From a bacterium (GTDB lineage: Bacteria > Zhuqueibacterota > Zhuqueibacteria > Residuimicrobiales > Krinioviventaceae), in the NCBI GenBank assembly GCA_963693055.1, contig OY843751.1, forward strand, positions 6,368,001 through 6,432,000: 64,000 bases of DNA, given 5' to 3'. Shown here in pieces: positions 39,748-49,916 of this stretch. The notes under the pieces are model-generated. The model was not told the origin of the DNA, did no database searches, and saw only the letters and a list, made by a program, of their open reading frames with translations. A program made the position numbers and the translations under genes. Position 1 is the first letter of the stretch. Each line of letters starts with the position of its first letter.

Positions 39748-40746
39748 TTGAGACAAAATACTCATTGGGGAAATGTTTTTACTATTGCCATTTTGATCGG
39801 TTTTGTGATGTTTGGATTTGCCTTTTCCGGTGATGATGATGACGCACCCAAGCCGCCGAGAGGTTACCCGGCAATGTGGATGCTAAAAGCTGCTTACGCA
39901 ACTGGTATGCTGAAACTGGTTAACACTGGACCCGATGTGCCGGAAGATATTACCGAGATCAAAGATATTGTTTATAAAATCATTGATGATGATACACTCG
40001 GGCTTGATATTTATCAACCCGCAGAGTTGGGTGCTCCCAAACCGGTATTGATTTTTATCCATGGGGGAGGCTGGCGAAAAGGTAAAAAAGAAGATTATCT
40101 GTACTATCTACTCCATTTTGCCCAACAAGGTTATATTACCGCTACAATATCCTATCGACTAAAGACACCATTCCCTGCAGCGGTAGAGGATGTAAAATGC
40201 GCGGTACGATGGATTCGCGCTCATGCAGAAGAATACTCGATCGATCCGAACAAGATTGCGGTCATTGGTGGCTCTGCCGGTGGGCATTTGTCCATGATGA
40301 TTGGGTATTCTTCTGATGTTCCCGATTTTGATATTGATTGTGATATGGATTCTGTCAGCAGTAAACCCCAGGCGATTGTTAACCTTTATGGCCCTGTGGA
40401 TCTAACCACCGAATACGCACATACACATAAATTAACAGTAAATTTCATTGGGCAAACGTGGGAAGAAAATCCCGATGCATACAAAAAAGCATCTCCTATT
40501 AACTATATCACCCCGGATGATCCCCCAACCTTGACGTTTCATGGTACCAAAGATGAACTGGTGCCTATTCGCCAGGCGGACATGTTGAAAGAAAAACTGG
40601 ATAAAGCCGGTATAGAAAATGAGTACCATCGTTTAAAATGGTGGCCGCATACCATGGATCTTGCCAAACCGGTAAATGAATATTGCCTGTATTATATGGA
40701 AAGATTTTTTGAAAAACATATTCCCATGACAAATTCAAAACAGTAA
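39748..40746 (+). CDS. Secreted alpha/beta hydrolase (BD-FAE/HSL-like esterase)
   Basis: LDIY, FIHGGGW, GGSAGGHL, FHGTKD-x-x-VP and catalytic His near WWPH. Confidence 0.9.
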   Translation: MRQNTHWGNVFTIAILIGFVMFGFAFSGDDDDAPKPPRGYPAMWMLKAAYATGMLKLVNTGPDVPEDITEIKDIVYKIIDDDTLGLDIYQPAELGAPKPVLIFIHGGGWRKGKKEDYLYYLLHFAQQGYITATISYRLKTPFPAAVEDVKCAVRWIRAHAEEYSIDPNKIAVIGGSAGGHLSMMIGYSSDVPDFDIDCDMDSVSSKPQAIVNLYGPVDLTTEYAHTHKLTVNFIGQTWEENPDAYKKASPINYITPDDPPTLTFHGTKDELVPIRQADMLKEKLDKAGIENEYHRLKWWPHTMDLAKPVNEYCLYYMERFFEKHIPMTNSKQ

Positions 40747-40837
40747 TATATTGGACTCTATTTTTTATAGAGATTTTTTAATGTGCATACTGAAATTGGC
40801 ATGAATCTCATTATACTATTGTAGAAAGGAAAAGAAT

Positions 40838-42238
40838 ATGCGCAAATTTTTAATTGAACAGAGCAGGCTTGTTTTTTTATTATCAGGTATTTTAATGTTT
40901 ATTTTTTACGTTGGTCCGGTTTTATCGCAGTCAGTATTACAAATTGTAAAATCACCTCCAGATTCAAAACTGATTGCCCGCACCTACAAATCCGGATTTG
41001 ATTTGTCTCATGATACTTATAATGGTATTTCAACTGCCAGTGATGGAAAGATTTATTATGTTCAATCTTCTGAATCATACGAGTCTGGTGCAAAAATATT
41101 TTGTTATGATCCGGTCAAAGATGAAATTAAATGTATTGGAGATTTGACAGACGCATGTGGTGAAAAAGGGAAAAAGACTATTGCTCAAGGCAAGTCCCAT
41201 GTAAATTTTTATGAAAGAAAAGGTAAATTGTATTTTGCTACCCATGTCGGTTATTATAATCTTGTAGAGGGTATGGAAAAAATTGGGGCACCCCCAAAGG
41301 GATACAAGCCTTATCCGGGGGGGCATTTCCTTTCCTACGATATAAAAACGGGTGATTTTGAAGAATTAGCAATAGCGCCGTTTGGTGAAGGTATACTGAC
41401 GATGAACATGGACACAAAACGAGGACGAATATACGGGATTACCTGGCCAACAGGTTATTTCCTTCGTTATGATCTGTTAACGGATGATCTGAAAAATCTG
41501 GGTCCAATCTCAAAAATGGGTGAAAATGGAAAAGGCGACAACTATCGAACGTTATGCCGCTCCATTGCAGTAGATCCAAGAGACGGGTCAGCCTATTTTA
41601 CCACCGGAGACGGAGATATATTGCGATATAATTATGAATCGGACAATATTGAGCAGCTTGATAATGTTGATTTGAGAATTGATTATTTTGGATTGTATGA
41701 TCCTTCCTCTCCCGGTCATATGGGGTACAACTGGAGACAAACAGTTTGGTATGAACCGGAAAATGTCATTTATGGAGTGCATGGAAATTCCGGTTATCTG
41801 TTTAGATTTGATCCATCCATCCCTAAAGTAGAGATTGTAGAACGATTAACTTCAATACCATCCAGGAAAAGCGGAATGTTTGACCAATTTAGTTATGGAT
41901 ACCTGGGTTTTAATCTGGGTCCCGATGGGCATACGTTGTATTACCTCACTGGCGGTCCGGTATATATTGATGGTAAGCGGGTACGGGGTAAAGATAAAAC
42001 TGCCATGGGAGAGTCAAAAGGTGTTGAGAACCTGCATTTGATCTCCTATAATATCCCTGATGGAATTTATAAAGATCATGGTCCAATTTTCTTTTCAGAC
42101 GGAGAGCGACCGTCTTATGTAAACTCGATAGCAATTGACAAAAACGGTACAGTATATACCCAGGCAAGAATTCCTGAAAATGATGAAATCCGTATTGATC
42201 TCATAAGCATTTCAGGTCAGGATATACATTTAAAATAA
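40838..42238 (+). CDS. Secreted hypothetical beta-propeller protein
   Basis: Signal peptide; repeated S/D-G-K-I-Y and YD-x-x-T blade motifs; QGKSH and PYPGGHF. Confidence 0.7.
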   Translation: MRKFLIEQSRLVFLLSGILMFIFYVGPVLSQSVLQIVKSPPDSKLIARTYKSGFDLSHDTYNGISTASDGKIYYVQSSESYESGAKIFCYDPVKDEIKCIGDLTDACGEKGKKTIAQGKSHVNFYERKGKLYFATHVGYYNLVEGMEKIGAPPKGYKPYPGGHFLSYDIKTGDFEELAIAPFGEGILTMNMDTKRGRIYGITWPTGYFLRYDLLTDDLKNLGPISKMGENGKGDNYRTLCRSIAVDPRDGSAYFTTGDGDILRYNYESDNIEQLDNVDLRIDYFGLYDPSSPGHMGYNWRQTVWYEPENVIYGVHGNSGYLFRFDPSIPKVEIVERLTSIPSRKSGMFDQFSYGYLGFNLGPDGHTLYYLTGGPVYIDGKRVRGKDKTAMGESKGVENLHLISYNIPDGIYKDHGPIFFSDGERPSYVNSIAIDKNGTVYTQARIPENDEIRIDLISISGQDIHLK

Positions 42239-42280
42239 ATAAACCAGTATGTAACACTTTGAAATTATGAGGATTATTCA

Positions 42281-43642
42281 ATGAAAAATAAAATTATGAC
42301 ACGACGCGGTTTTATAAATAAAACTTCTTTAAGCATAGCCGGTACTACACTTGCAGCCAATATAACTTTTGCATCTGCCGGCTCGAGTATGAAGCCGGCG
42401 ATATTAGGAGGTGCTCCTTTGAAAGAAAAGAATTGGCCCGGTTGGCCTATTTGGGAGCCTGATCATGATGAAGAAATGTTGATCAAAGTCATGCGCAGTG
42501 GTGTGTGGTCACGCAAAAAGGTTGTAGCCGAATTTGAAGAAAAATGGGCAAAAGCTGTTGGTTCCAGGCGGTGTTTGGCAACAACGAATGGTACAAATGC
42601 TCTGATTACCGCTTTAAAGATGTTGGGCGTAGACGCCGGAGATGAAGTCATTACAACACCTTATACATTTATTGCAACAATTGATGCTATCTTGTTATGT
42701 AATGCCAAGCCTGTATTTGTGGACATTGATCCCAATACGTATCAATTGGATCCAGCTAAAATTGAAGAAAAGATAACCGCCAAAACGCGAGCCATCCTTC
42801 CTGTACATATTTTAGGATTACCAGCAGATATGGACCGGATTATGGGTATTGCTCAAAAGCATGATTTGATTGTTGTGGAAGATGCCTGCCAGGCCCATTT
42901 CGCAAAATATGATAACAAGATGGCTGGTTCTATTGGCCATGCGGGATGTTTCAGCTTTCAAAATTCAAAAAATTTACCCATTGGTGAAGGTGGTGCCATA
43001 GTTAGTGATGATGAAGATTTTATGGACAAGGCCTTTTCTTATCATAATTTTGGACGTCCCTATGGAAATATGGTTGGTGATGTTGCGGGAGAGTATATAA
43101 TGGTAGGCACCAAATGCCGTACAACAGAATATCAGGCAGCAATAGGGCTTGCTAAACTCAAACACCTGGAAAAAGAAACCCAATTGAGGCATGATAATGC
43201 AGAGTATTTGAAATCGCTTATCAAAGATATGCCAGGTATAGTCCCTTACAAGACATATAATAAAGTTGATCGTGGAGCATTTCATCTTTTTCCTTTTCGC
43301 TTTAAAAAGAAGCAATTTAAAGGTATGGAGCGAGATCAGTTTTTGAAATCCCTTAAAGCAGAAGGTATTCCTTGTTCAGGCGGGTATAAGCCTTTGAATA
43401 CAATGCCATATTTAAAAGACGCTTTTTCTTCCAAAGTATTTAAAGCGATTTTTTCTGATGCAGAACTGAATATTGAAAAATATATGCTTGAAAATCAATG
43501 CCCTGAAAATGACGAGCTATGCCGGGATATGGTCTGGTTACCACAAAATGTATTGCTGGGTACAAGGCAAGATATGGAGAATATTGCTTTAGCTATTGAA
43601 AAAATCATAAAGCATGCAGATGAAATAAAAGGTAAAGCATAG
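42281..43642 (+). CDS. DegT/DnrJ/EryC1/StrS PLP aminotransferase with Tat signal
   Basis: TRRGFI Tat motif; NGTNAL, GDEVI, EDACQAH, FSFQNSKNL-x-x-GEGG (PLP Lys present). Confidence 0.9.
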   Translation: MKNKIMTRRGFINKTSLSIAGTTLAANITFASAGSSMKPAILGGAPLKEKNWPGWPIWEPDHDEEMLIKVMRSGVWSRKKVVAEFEEKWAKAVGSRRCLATTNGTNALITALKMLGVDAGDEVITTPYTFIATIDAILLCNAKPVFVDIDPNTYQLDPAKIEEKITAKTRAILPVHILGLPADMDRIMGIAQKHDLIVVEDACQAHFAKYDNKMAGSIGHAGCFSFQNSKNLPIGEGGAIVSDDEDFMDKAFSYHNFGRPYGNMVGDVAGEYIMVGTKCRTTEYQAAIGLAKLKHLEKETQLRHDNAEYLKSLIKDMPGIVPYKTYNKVDRGAFHLFPFRFKKKQFKGMERDQFLKSLKAEGIPCSGGYKPLNTMPYLKDAFSSKVFKAIFSDAELNIEKYMLENQCPENDELCRDMVWLPQNVLLGTRQDMENIALAIEKIIKHADEIKGKA

Positions 43643-43697
43643 TTTGTTAATTAGCTACTAGTAGTAAATGGCGATGGATGATATAAGGTGTTTTGTA

Positions 43698-45110
43698 ATG
43701 AATAAAATGTTCTCAAAAAAGTATTGGCTTTTTTTAATAATACTAATTCTAATATTCACAATACATGTTGATTATGGTATTAGTAAAGATCTCAAGAATG
43801 AGTGGAGTGCGGGTGTTGCCAAAATAGAGATCACTCCGCAGACACCCATGTGGATGGCTGGGTATTCGTCACGAGTGCATGAAGCCACCGGCACCCTGCA
43901 TCCTTTGTGGGCCAAAGCACTGGCCGTTAAGGATGGGGCCGGGAATTTGGGTGTAATCGTTACTATAGATATTCTGGGCTTGCCTAAAAACATGTCGGAT
44001 ACGATTTTGGAACAATGTGAAATCTTTTATGGACTGGATCGCTCACGCATCATATTGAGCAACTCGCATACCCATTCAGGACCGGCATTGCGTAAAAGTC
44101 TGGATAAAGTATACCCTACAACCCCGGAACATGTTCAGCAAATTGATAAATATTCCCGCCACCTGGAAGATCAGATCGTACTGTTGATTGGTCAGGCATT
44201 TGAAAACATGTCTCCGGTTTCAATATTAGCCTCTCAAGGCTCTGTGGATTTTGCGGTGAACCGCAGGAATAACAGGTCCGGTAAAAAACTGCCCAAAAAG
44301 AAAGACCAAAAAGGGCCCTATGATTATACGGTACCGGTTATACAGGTACACAATCAGGATGATATGCTAGCAACTGTTTTTGGTTATGCCTGTCATGCCA
44401 CGGTTTTGAATGGATATGACTGGTGTGGTGATTATCCGGGGTATGCCCAGATCGAAGTTGAGGATATGTTTCCCGGAACCACAGCCATGTTTTTCCAGGG
44501 CTGTGGAGCGGACCAGAATCCGCTGCCAAGGCGCAAGGTTTCGCTTGCTGAAAAATATGGCAAGGCCCTTGCATCTACCGTCAAGGATGTAATCGAAAAG
44601 CCTGCGGTAGAGATATCGCCCGAACTGCAATGTACCTTTGGATATGTTGATCTGGATTTTGCATCTCTTCCGGACCGCAACCTGCTTGAAAAACTGGCTG
44701 CGGATTCCACAAAGGGATTTGAGCACCGGTGGGCACAATCGATGGTACAAAAGCTGGATGACGGGCAAACCATACCCCAATCTTATCCTTATCCCGTTCA
44801 GGTTTGGCACATGGGAGAACAAACCCTTATCGCGCTTGGTGGTGAAGTGGTTGTGGATTATGCTATTCAGTTAAAACGAATGTTTGGTGAAAATACGATT
44901 GTGATGGGGTATTGTAACGATGTGATGGCATACATTCCAACCGTTCAGATTTTACGTGAAGGCGGGTATGAAGGAGCACAGTCACAGATTGTGTATGATT
45001 TGCCATCCACTTGGTCTGCTGATATTGAAAACAGGATACTTTCCAAAGTGCTCGAGTTGACGGATGAATTGGGGATAAAGCTTCCGGAATCTGCATTGTT
45101 GGCTGAATAA
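43698..45110 (+). CDS. Neutral/alkaline ceramidase-family amidohydrolase, secreted
   Basis: AGVAKIEITP-x-x-x-x-WMAGY, SHTHSGP, VNRR, YACHAT, QGCGAD, GEVVVDY, GGYE. Alternative start at 43668. Confidence 0.85.
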   Translation: MNKMFSKKYWLFLIILILIFTIHVDYGISKDLKNEWSAGVAKIEITPQTPMWMAGYSSRVHEATGTLHPLWAKALAVKDGAGNLGVIVTIDILGLPKNMSDTILEQCEIFYGLDRSRIILSNSHTHSGPALRKSLDKVYPTTPEHVQQIDKYSRHLEDQIVLLIGQAFENMSPVSILASQGSVDFAVNRRNNRSGKKLPKKKDQKGPYDYTVPVIQVHNQDDMLATVFGYACHATVLNGYDWCGDYPGYAQIEVEDMFPGTTAMFFQGCGADQNPLPRRKVSLAEKYGKALASTVKDVIEKPAVEISPELQCTFGYVDLDFASLPDRNLLEKLAADSTKGFEHRWAQSMVQKLDDGQTIPQSYPYPVQVWHMGEQTLIALGGEVVVDYAIQLKRMFGENTIVMGYCNDVMAYIPTVQILREGGYEGAQSQIVYDLPSTWSADIENRILSKVLELTDELGIKLPESALLAE

Positions 45111-45140
45111 TAATAAAATCTCATAATAAAAGGAGTTTTG

Positions 45141-47291
45141 ATGAATCCATTGAGATATGTTTTGGTGTTGTTAATGTTATGTATTGGCTATACAAGCGCA
45201 CAGGTTTTGGATGTGCCCTTTAAACAGGCGGTATCTGTTAAATATGATATACCTCAGGAACTGCAAGATGCCCAAATGATCAAAACCGTTGTAGATTATA
45301 ACAACATTGTTTATGTATTAACCGATAAGGGATTGTATCGGGATTATGGTGAAAATGAAATCTCCCGCGATCTGTTTTACCGTCCATTGTCAGACAAGAA
45401 TCCAATAGATATTACCATACAGGAAAAAACCGGCTATTTGTTTTATCTCTATCAGGACCAATTTCTCAGTAACGCGCATGCAGGGACCATTCTTGCCGAC
45501 ATCAATAAGCCCTATCAGCGTATTCTTGTGAATGCTGATGATGTGATTTTACTGATTGGAGAGAAATCCGGTACGCTGTATGAAAAGACTCAAAAAATGC
45601 ACAATGTTGATCTGCCGAAAGGTAAATGCATCAACGTCTATGTTTATGATAAATCCTTTTATTATTTGACAGATAATGCCATCTATCGTCTGGACGGTAA
45701 AAAATGGACTACACTGCACAAGGGTGAATCTCTAACTGCTGTTACCTTTTCACCCAATGAAATGATTGTCGGTACGGTTAAAGGGTATTATCGTCTTGAT
45801 CGTTATAACGGTATGCGGATTTCAGAGATTGACGCAAAGCTGCCTGTTCCGGCAATTACAGATGTGCTGCTTGCCGGATCAGAACTGTGGTTTACCTCTG
45901 CGGATGGAGCATATTTACAGGAACCGGACCGTTACCGTTATTTTGCGGGACGCCGATGGCTGGATAACAATGCGATCATTGATATGACCTGTGACAAACA
46001 GGGTAATATGTATTTCCTTACACCTACAGGCTTGAACAAGGTGGAATATCTTGTTCAGACGCTGGCAGACAAGACCCAAAAGATACAGGATGATATCCGC
46101 AGGTACCATTTGCGTTTTGGGTTTGTTTGTGAGATCGTTTATGGTGTGCAGGGAGATATGCGAACAGCAATTACCACAGATAATGATAATGACGGTTTAT
46201 GGACTTCTATGTATTTAGGCAGCCAGGCGTTTAGATATGCAACAACCGGTAACGCTGATGCCAGACGGTACGTCTGGGAATCCTTTGAAGCCTTTGAACG
46301 TCTGTTGACGGTGAATCCGCTCAAAGGATTTCCTTCACGCACATTCGAGCGCAGGGGCATAATCAAAGGCCACCATGCCTGGCGCCCCTCGCAGGAAAAA
46401 GACTGGGACTGGAAAGGGACCACCAGTACGGACGAATATATCGCTTATCTTTTTGTTGCTTCTGTGATGGACAAGTTTATTGTTCAGAATCCGGAAGAAA
46501 AGCAACGGGTGGCAAACTTTATAGATGCAATTATGACCCATATCATTGAAAATGATTATTATTTTGTGGATTATGACGGCAAGCCCACTCGTTGGGGACG
46601 CTGGAACCCGGAATATGTAAACTGGTACGCGCCTTATGTCTCGGACCGAAAATTAAACAGTGTGCATCTGATTGCAGGCTTACAGTTGGCCTACTCGCTG
46701 ACCGGTAAAGAAATCTATAAATCCGAAGCTTATAAAATGATGGATGAATATGGGTATCTGGATAATATCATGATTCCCATGAGCACCATGAAAAAGACGC
46801 TGGAATTTGTGCACATGGGTGATGTAATGGGTAACGTATGGAACCACTCGGATGATGAAATGTCATTCTTGACTTACTGGGTATTGTATCAATACCCGTT
46901 TACTAACGATTTAAAGCTAAAGTATGCAGAGGTTATCCGTGATCACTGGCAGATCGAGCTGCCGGAGCGTAACGCATTGTGGAACATGGTTGCATACGGC
47001 ACCAGCGGTGACATTGATCTGGAATCTACTTTGTGGCACCTGCGCGAGTTTAATGTGGATCTTGACCGATATACTACCCGAAATTCTCATCGCAAGGACC
47101 TCGAGTTTTTGCCGGAGAATTTTAGAGGGCAAACAACAAAGACACTGCTGTATCCGGGAGAGCGGGAAATGCACCGCCACAATGCCAATCCTTTTGATTT
47201 GGATGCCGGTGGTGGTCAGCACAGCAGACTAGCTGGGGATGAATACCTGCTGCCATACTGGATGGCAAGATATTATAAAGTGATACAATAG
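45141..47291 (+). CDS. Secreted hypothetical: N-terminal beta-propeller plus C-terminal alpha-helical (putative glycosidase-like) domain
   Basis: AGGAG RBS and signal peptide; propeller-like N half; DNDGLWTSMY, STDEY, DGKPTRWG, NHSDDEM and YLLPYWMARY segments. Confidence 0.65.
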   Translation: MNPLRYVLVLLMLCIGYTSAQVLDVPFKQAVSVKYDIPQELQDAQMIKTVVDYNNIVYVLTDKGLYRDYGENEISRDLFYRPLSDKNPIDITIQEKTGYLFYLYQDQFLSNAHAGTILADINKPYQRILVNADDVILLIGEKSGTLYEKTQKMHNVDLPKGKCINVYVYDKSFYYLTDNAIYRLDGKKWTTLHKGESLTAVTFSPNEMIVGTVKGYYRLDRYNGMRISEIDAKLPVPAITDVLLAGSELWFTSADGAYLQEPDRYRYFAGRRWLDNNAIIDMTCDKQGNMYFLTPTGLNKVEYLVQTLADKTQKIQDDIRRYHLRFGFVCEIVYGVQGDMRTAITTDNDNDGLWTSMYLGSQAFRYATTGNADARRYVWESFEAFERLLTVNPLKGFPSRTFERRGIIKGHHAWRPSQEKDWDWKGTTSTDEYIAYLFVASVMDKFIVQNPEEKQRVANFIDAIMTHIIENDYYFVDYDGKPTRWGRWNPEYVNWYAPYVSDRKLNSVHLIAGLQLAYSLTGKEIYKSEAYKMMDEYGYLDNIMIPMSTMKKTLEFVHMGDVMGNVWNHSDDEMSFLTYWVLYQYPFTNDLKLKYAEVIRDHWQIELPERNALWNMVAYGTSGDIDLESTLWHLREFNVDLDRYTTRNSHRKDLEFLPENFRGQTTKTLLYPGEREMHRHNANPFDLDAGGGQHSRLAGDEYLLPYWMARYYKVIQ

Positions 47292-47294
47292 AAT

Positions 47295-47324
47295 AAAAAA
47301 AGGGAGCATTTGCTCCCTTTTTTT
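47295..47324. terminator. Bidirectional rho-independent terminator
   Basis: AAAAAAAGGGAGCA-TT-TGCTCCCTTTTTTT between convergent genes. Confidence 0.9.
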
Positions 47325-47332
47325 ATATTAAA

Positions 47333-48241
47333 CTAGTTAAATCCATTTACTTTCATTTTGATAGCATAAAGCGAAGTGCGTGCGGTAATAAACAGGGTCT
47401 TCATATCCGGGCCGCCAAAGCAGACGTTTGAGGGTTGTTCAGGTATTTCTAAAATACCGAGGTGGGTGCCGTCCGGTTTATAAACAGAAACACCAGAGGT
47501 GGTCAGATAAACATTACCGAGATAGTCAACCGTCATACCGTCCGAGCCTTCGTCGTTGAATTTTGTTTTGTTCGAGAGCGTTCCTTCCTCATTAATATCA
47601 TAAGACCAAGTTACTTTTTTGGTGCGGTCAGAGACGTACAATGTACTGCCATCCGGAGTGCCAATGATACCGTTGGGATTACCAAACTCCTCATCAACAC
47701 GGATTAGTGTTTTGCGGTCCGGTTTCAGATAATAAACACCATGAACATCCATGTCTTTTTCAGTACGTTCCCAATAATCACGTTTGTAATAGGGATCCGT
47801 AAAATAAATACCGCCTTTGGGGTCCGGCCAGAGATCATTGGGGCCGTTTAGGGGATGTCCCTCAAAGTTGTCAACCAGCAGGTTCAGGCTTTTATCCTGC
47901 ATGTTGATAGATACCAGCTTGTTGTACATGTCGGCGCAGGCCAGTAGTTCATCATCACCATAAAAATACAAGCCGTTAGACCGTTCGGGATTATCATGAA
48001 ATACAGACAGTTTGCCTTCAACAGCCCATTTGAGGATACGGTCATTGGGCTGATCAGTAAAATAGACATTGCCGTGACTGTCAGGAGCAGGACCTTCAGT
48101 AAAAATAAAACCGTCTGCCAGTTTTTCCAGTTTTGCATTGTCAGCAATCAAATCATCCACGGTTTTAAATGCTTCGATTCTTTTGGTACATGAAAACATC
48201 AGGATTACTGACAATCCCAACAAGATTATGAATTTTTGCAT
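47333..48241 (-). CDS. SMP-30/gluconolactonase/LRE family lipoprotein
   Basis: FTEGP, SNGL, PNDL, YFTDP, PNGI, SDGM and SNVCFGG motifs. Confidence 0.92.
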   Translation of the reverse strand: MQKFIILLGLSVILMFSCTKRIEAFKTVDDLIADNAKLEKLADGFIFTEGPAPDSHGNVYFTDQPNDRILKWAVEGKLSVFHDNPERSNGLYFYGDDELLACADMYNKLVSINMQDKSLNLLVDNFEGHPLNGPNDLWPDPKGGIYFTDPYYKRDYWERTEKDMDVHGVYYLKPDRKTLIRVDEEFGNPNGIIGTPDGSTLYVSDRTKKVTWSYDINEEGTLSNKTKFNDEGSDGMTVDYLGNVYLTTSGVSVYKPDGTHLGILEIPEQPSNVCFGGPDMKTLFITARTSLYAIKMKVNGFN

Positions 48242-48265
48242 ATCCGTTTATCCTTTTCGATTATA

Positions 48266-49717
48266 TTATTCATTATTTTTTTTAGTAGTTAAAAGGCTGA
48301 CAGCCCATATCATGAAAAATGCCAGAATAAAGGCGGGAATCAGCTCGTATAATCCCGTACTGGTTTTCAGAAAGAGTTTCCAAATGATGGTTACAACAGA
48401 GCCGGTGATCATACCGGCAGTTACACCGGCAATGGTTGTGCGTTTCCAGTATAATGATAAGATGATGGCTGGTCCTATGGATGCGCCCAGTCCGCTCCAG
48501 GCAAACAACACCAGCCAGAAGATCAGGTCTTGCGCCAGGAAAGCCAGCACAACCGCGAGTAAACCGGATAGCAGCACTACAATACGGCTGATTTTAAGCT
48601 TGAAAGATTCATCCAGTTTTACATGTTTGAACCATATTTTTTAATAAATATCTCTCACAATGGTCGATGCAACGACCAATAGCTGCGAATCTGCAGTAGA
48701 CAATATAGCTGCAAAAATTCCCCCGATCAACAAACCATAAATAACAGGATCAAAATATTGGGAAGATAATACAAGATAAATCATTTCCGGGTTAGAATCC
48801 GGGAGTTGTTGCACAAGCGGAAACAACATACGTCCCAGCAGTCCAATGAACAATGCTCCACAGGCCATGAGGATGTTCCAGATAGTGCCTACAATGGCTG
48901 AATATTGCAACTGGGCAGGATCTTTGACCGACATGTATCTGACCAATATGTGCGGCTGGCCGGGGGAACCCAAACCAATGCCTATAAATCCAATTATCGC
49001 TCCCAAACCGATTGAAAAAGGATCGATGGTTTTTATATCAATAGATGCAAGCATAGAAAAGAGGTGATTTAGGCCTCCGGTTTTTATCAGCATAACCAGG
49101 GGAAAAAAGATCAATCCAAAGATCATAATTACCGCACGAACCACATCATTATAAGCAACAGCAATAAATCCGCCCATAATCATGTAGACCAGAACTAGTA
49201 ATACTGATACCAAAAGCGCGGGAATGAATTGCATGTCAAGAGCGGTGCTCAATGCCTTTGCACCGGCATTGAGTTGTGCGGCAACATAAGCTGTTATAAA
49301 CACTCCAATGATAATGGCCCCGGTTATGCGGATAATATGTTTGCTGTCGTTGTGACGGGATTCCAGATAATCCAGCAAAGTAATGGATTGGAGTGTTTGA
49401 GTATTCTCTCGTAGTTTTTTTCCGATATATGTAAATTGAAAGAGCTCTACAACTATGTACCCCACTGCGGCCCACAACGCCCCGGTGCCCATAGTGTAGG
49501 CCATTCCGCTCAGACCGAGGACCAGCCAAGAAGACCTTCCCGAAGAAACGGCAGAGAGCGCTACAACAAATTTATTCATAGACCTGCCACCTAACAGATA
49601 ATCGGACTGGTCTCTGGTCTTTCGGAGGGTTAAAAATCCAATCATTATAGGTAAAATCAGAGTAAGAGAAAATATTATTAATGCTAATGGTGATTGCAGA
49701 CCCTGATAAACATTCAT
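48266..49717 (-). pseudogene. putP: Sodium/proline symporter (SSS family) with internal TAA
   Basis: YLLGGRS, ALSAVSSGRSSW-x-x-LGL, GQPHILVRYM and AAILSTADSQLL motifs. In frame across TAA 48641-48643: VRDIY*KIWFK...LVLFAWSGLGASIGP...YELIPAF. Confidence 0.85.
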
Positions 49718-49916
49718 GATAGTTATCCTGTTTATTTTGGGAATTTATGTAGCTTGGGAAATGCAATTTAATACATCTGTTATACTATCCATTATAAGAA
49801 GAAATTGCGGCATTGTCAATACAGATACAAAAAATATATTAAAAAGGCCTGATTATTGCTGAATTATTTAAGTGTAGTGCAATGTTTTATATAAAAGTAT
49901 AGTGTCAGGGAAGACT

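Noticed and set aside
39576-39833. 85-aa hydrophobic ORF
   Set aside because: It starts at GTG without a clear RBS and overlaps the promoter region and start of the esterase; likely spurious.
25679-48643. Alternative genetic code (TAG/TAA/TGA reassigned) to explain the in-frame stops
   Set aside because: All three codons terminate many intact genes in the window. Only the peroxiredoxin TGA has a catalytic-position and hairpin context supporting recoding.
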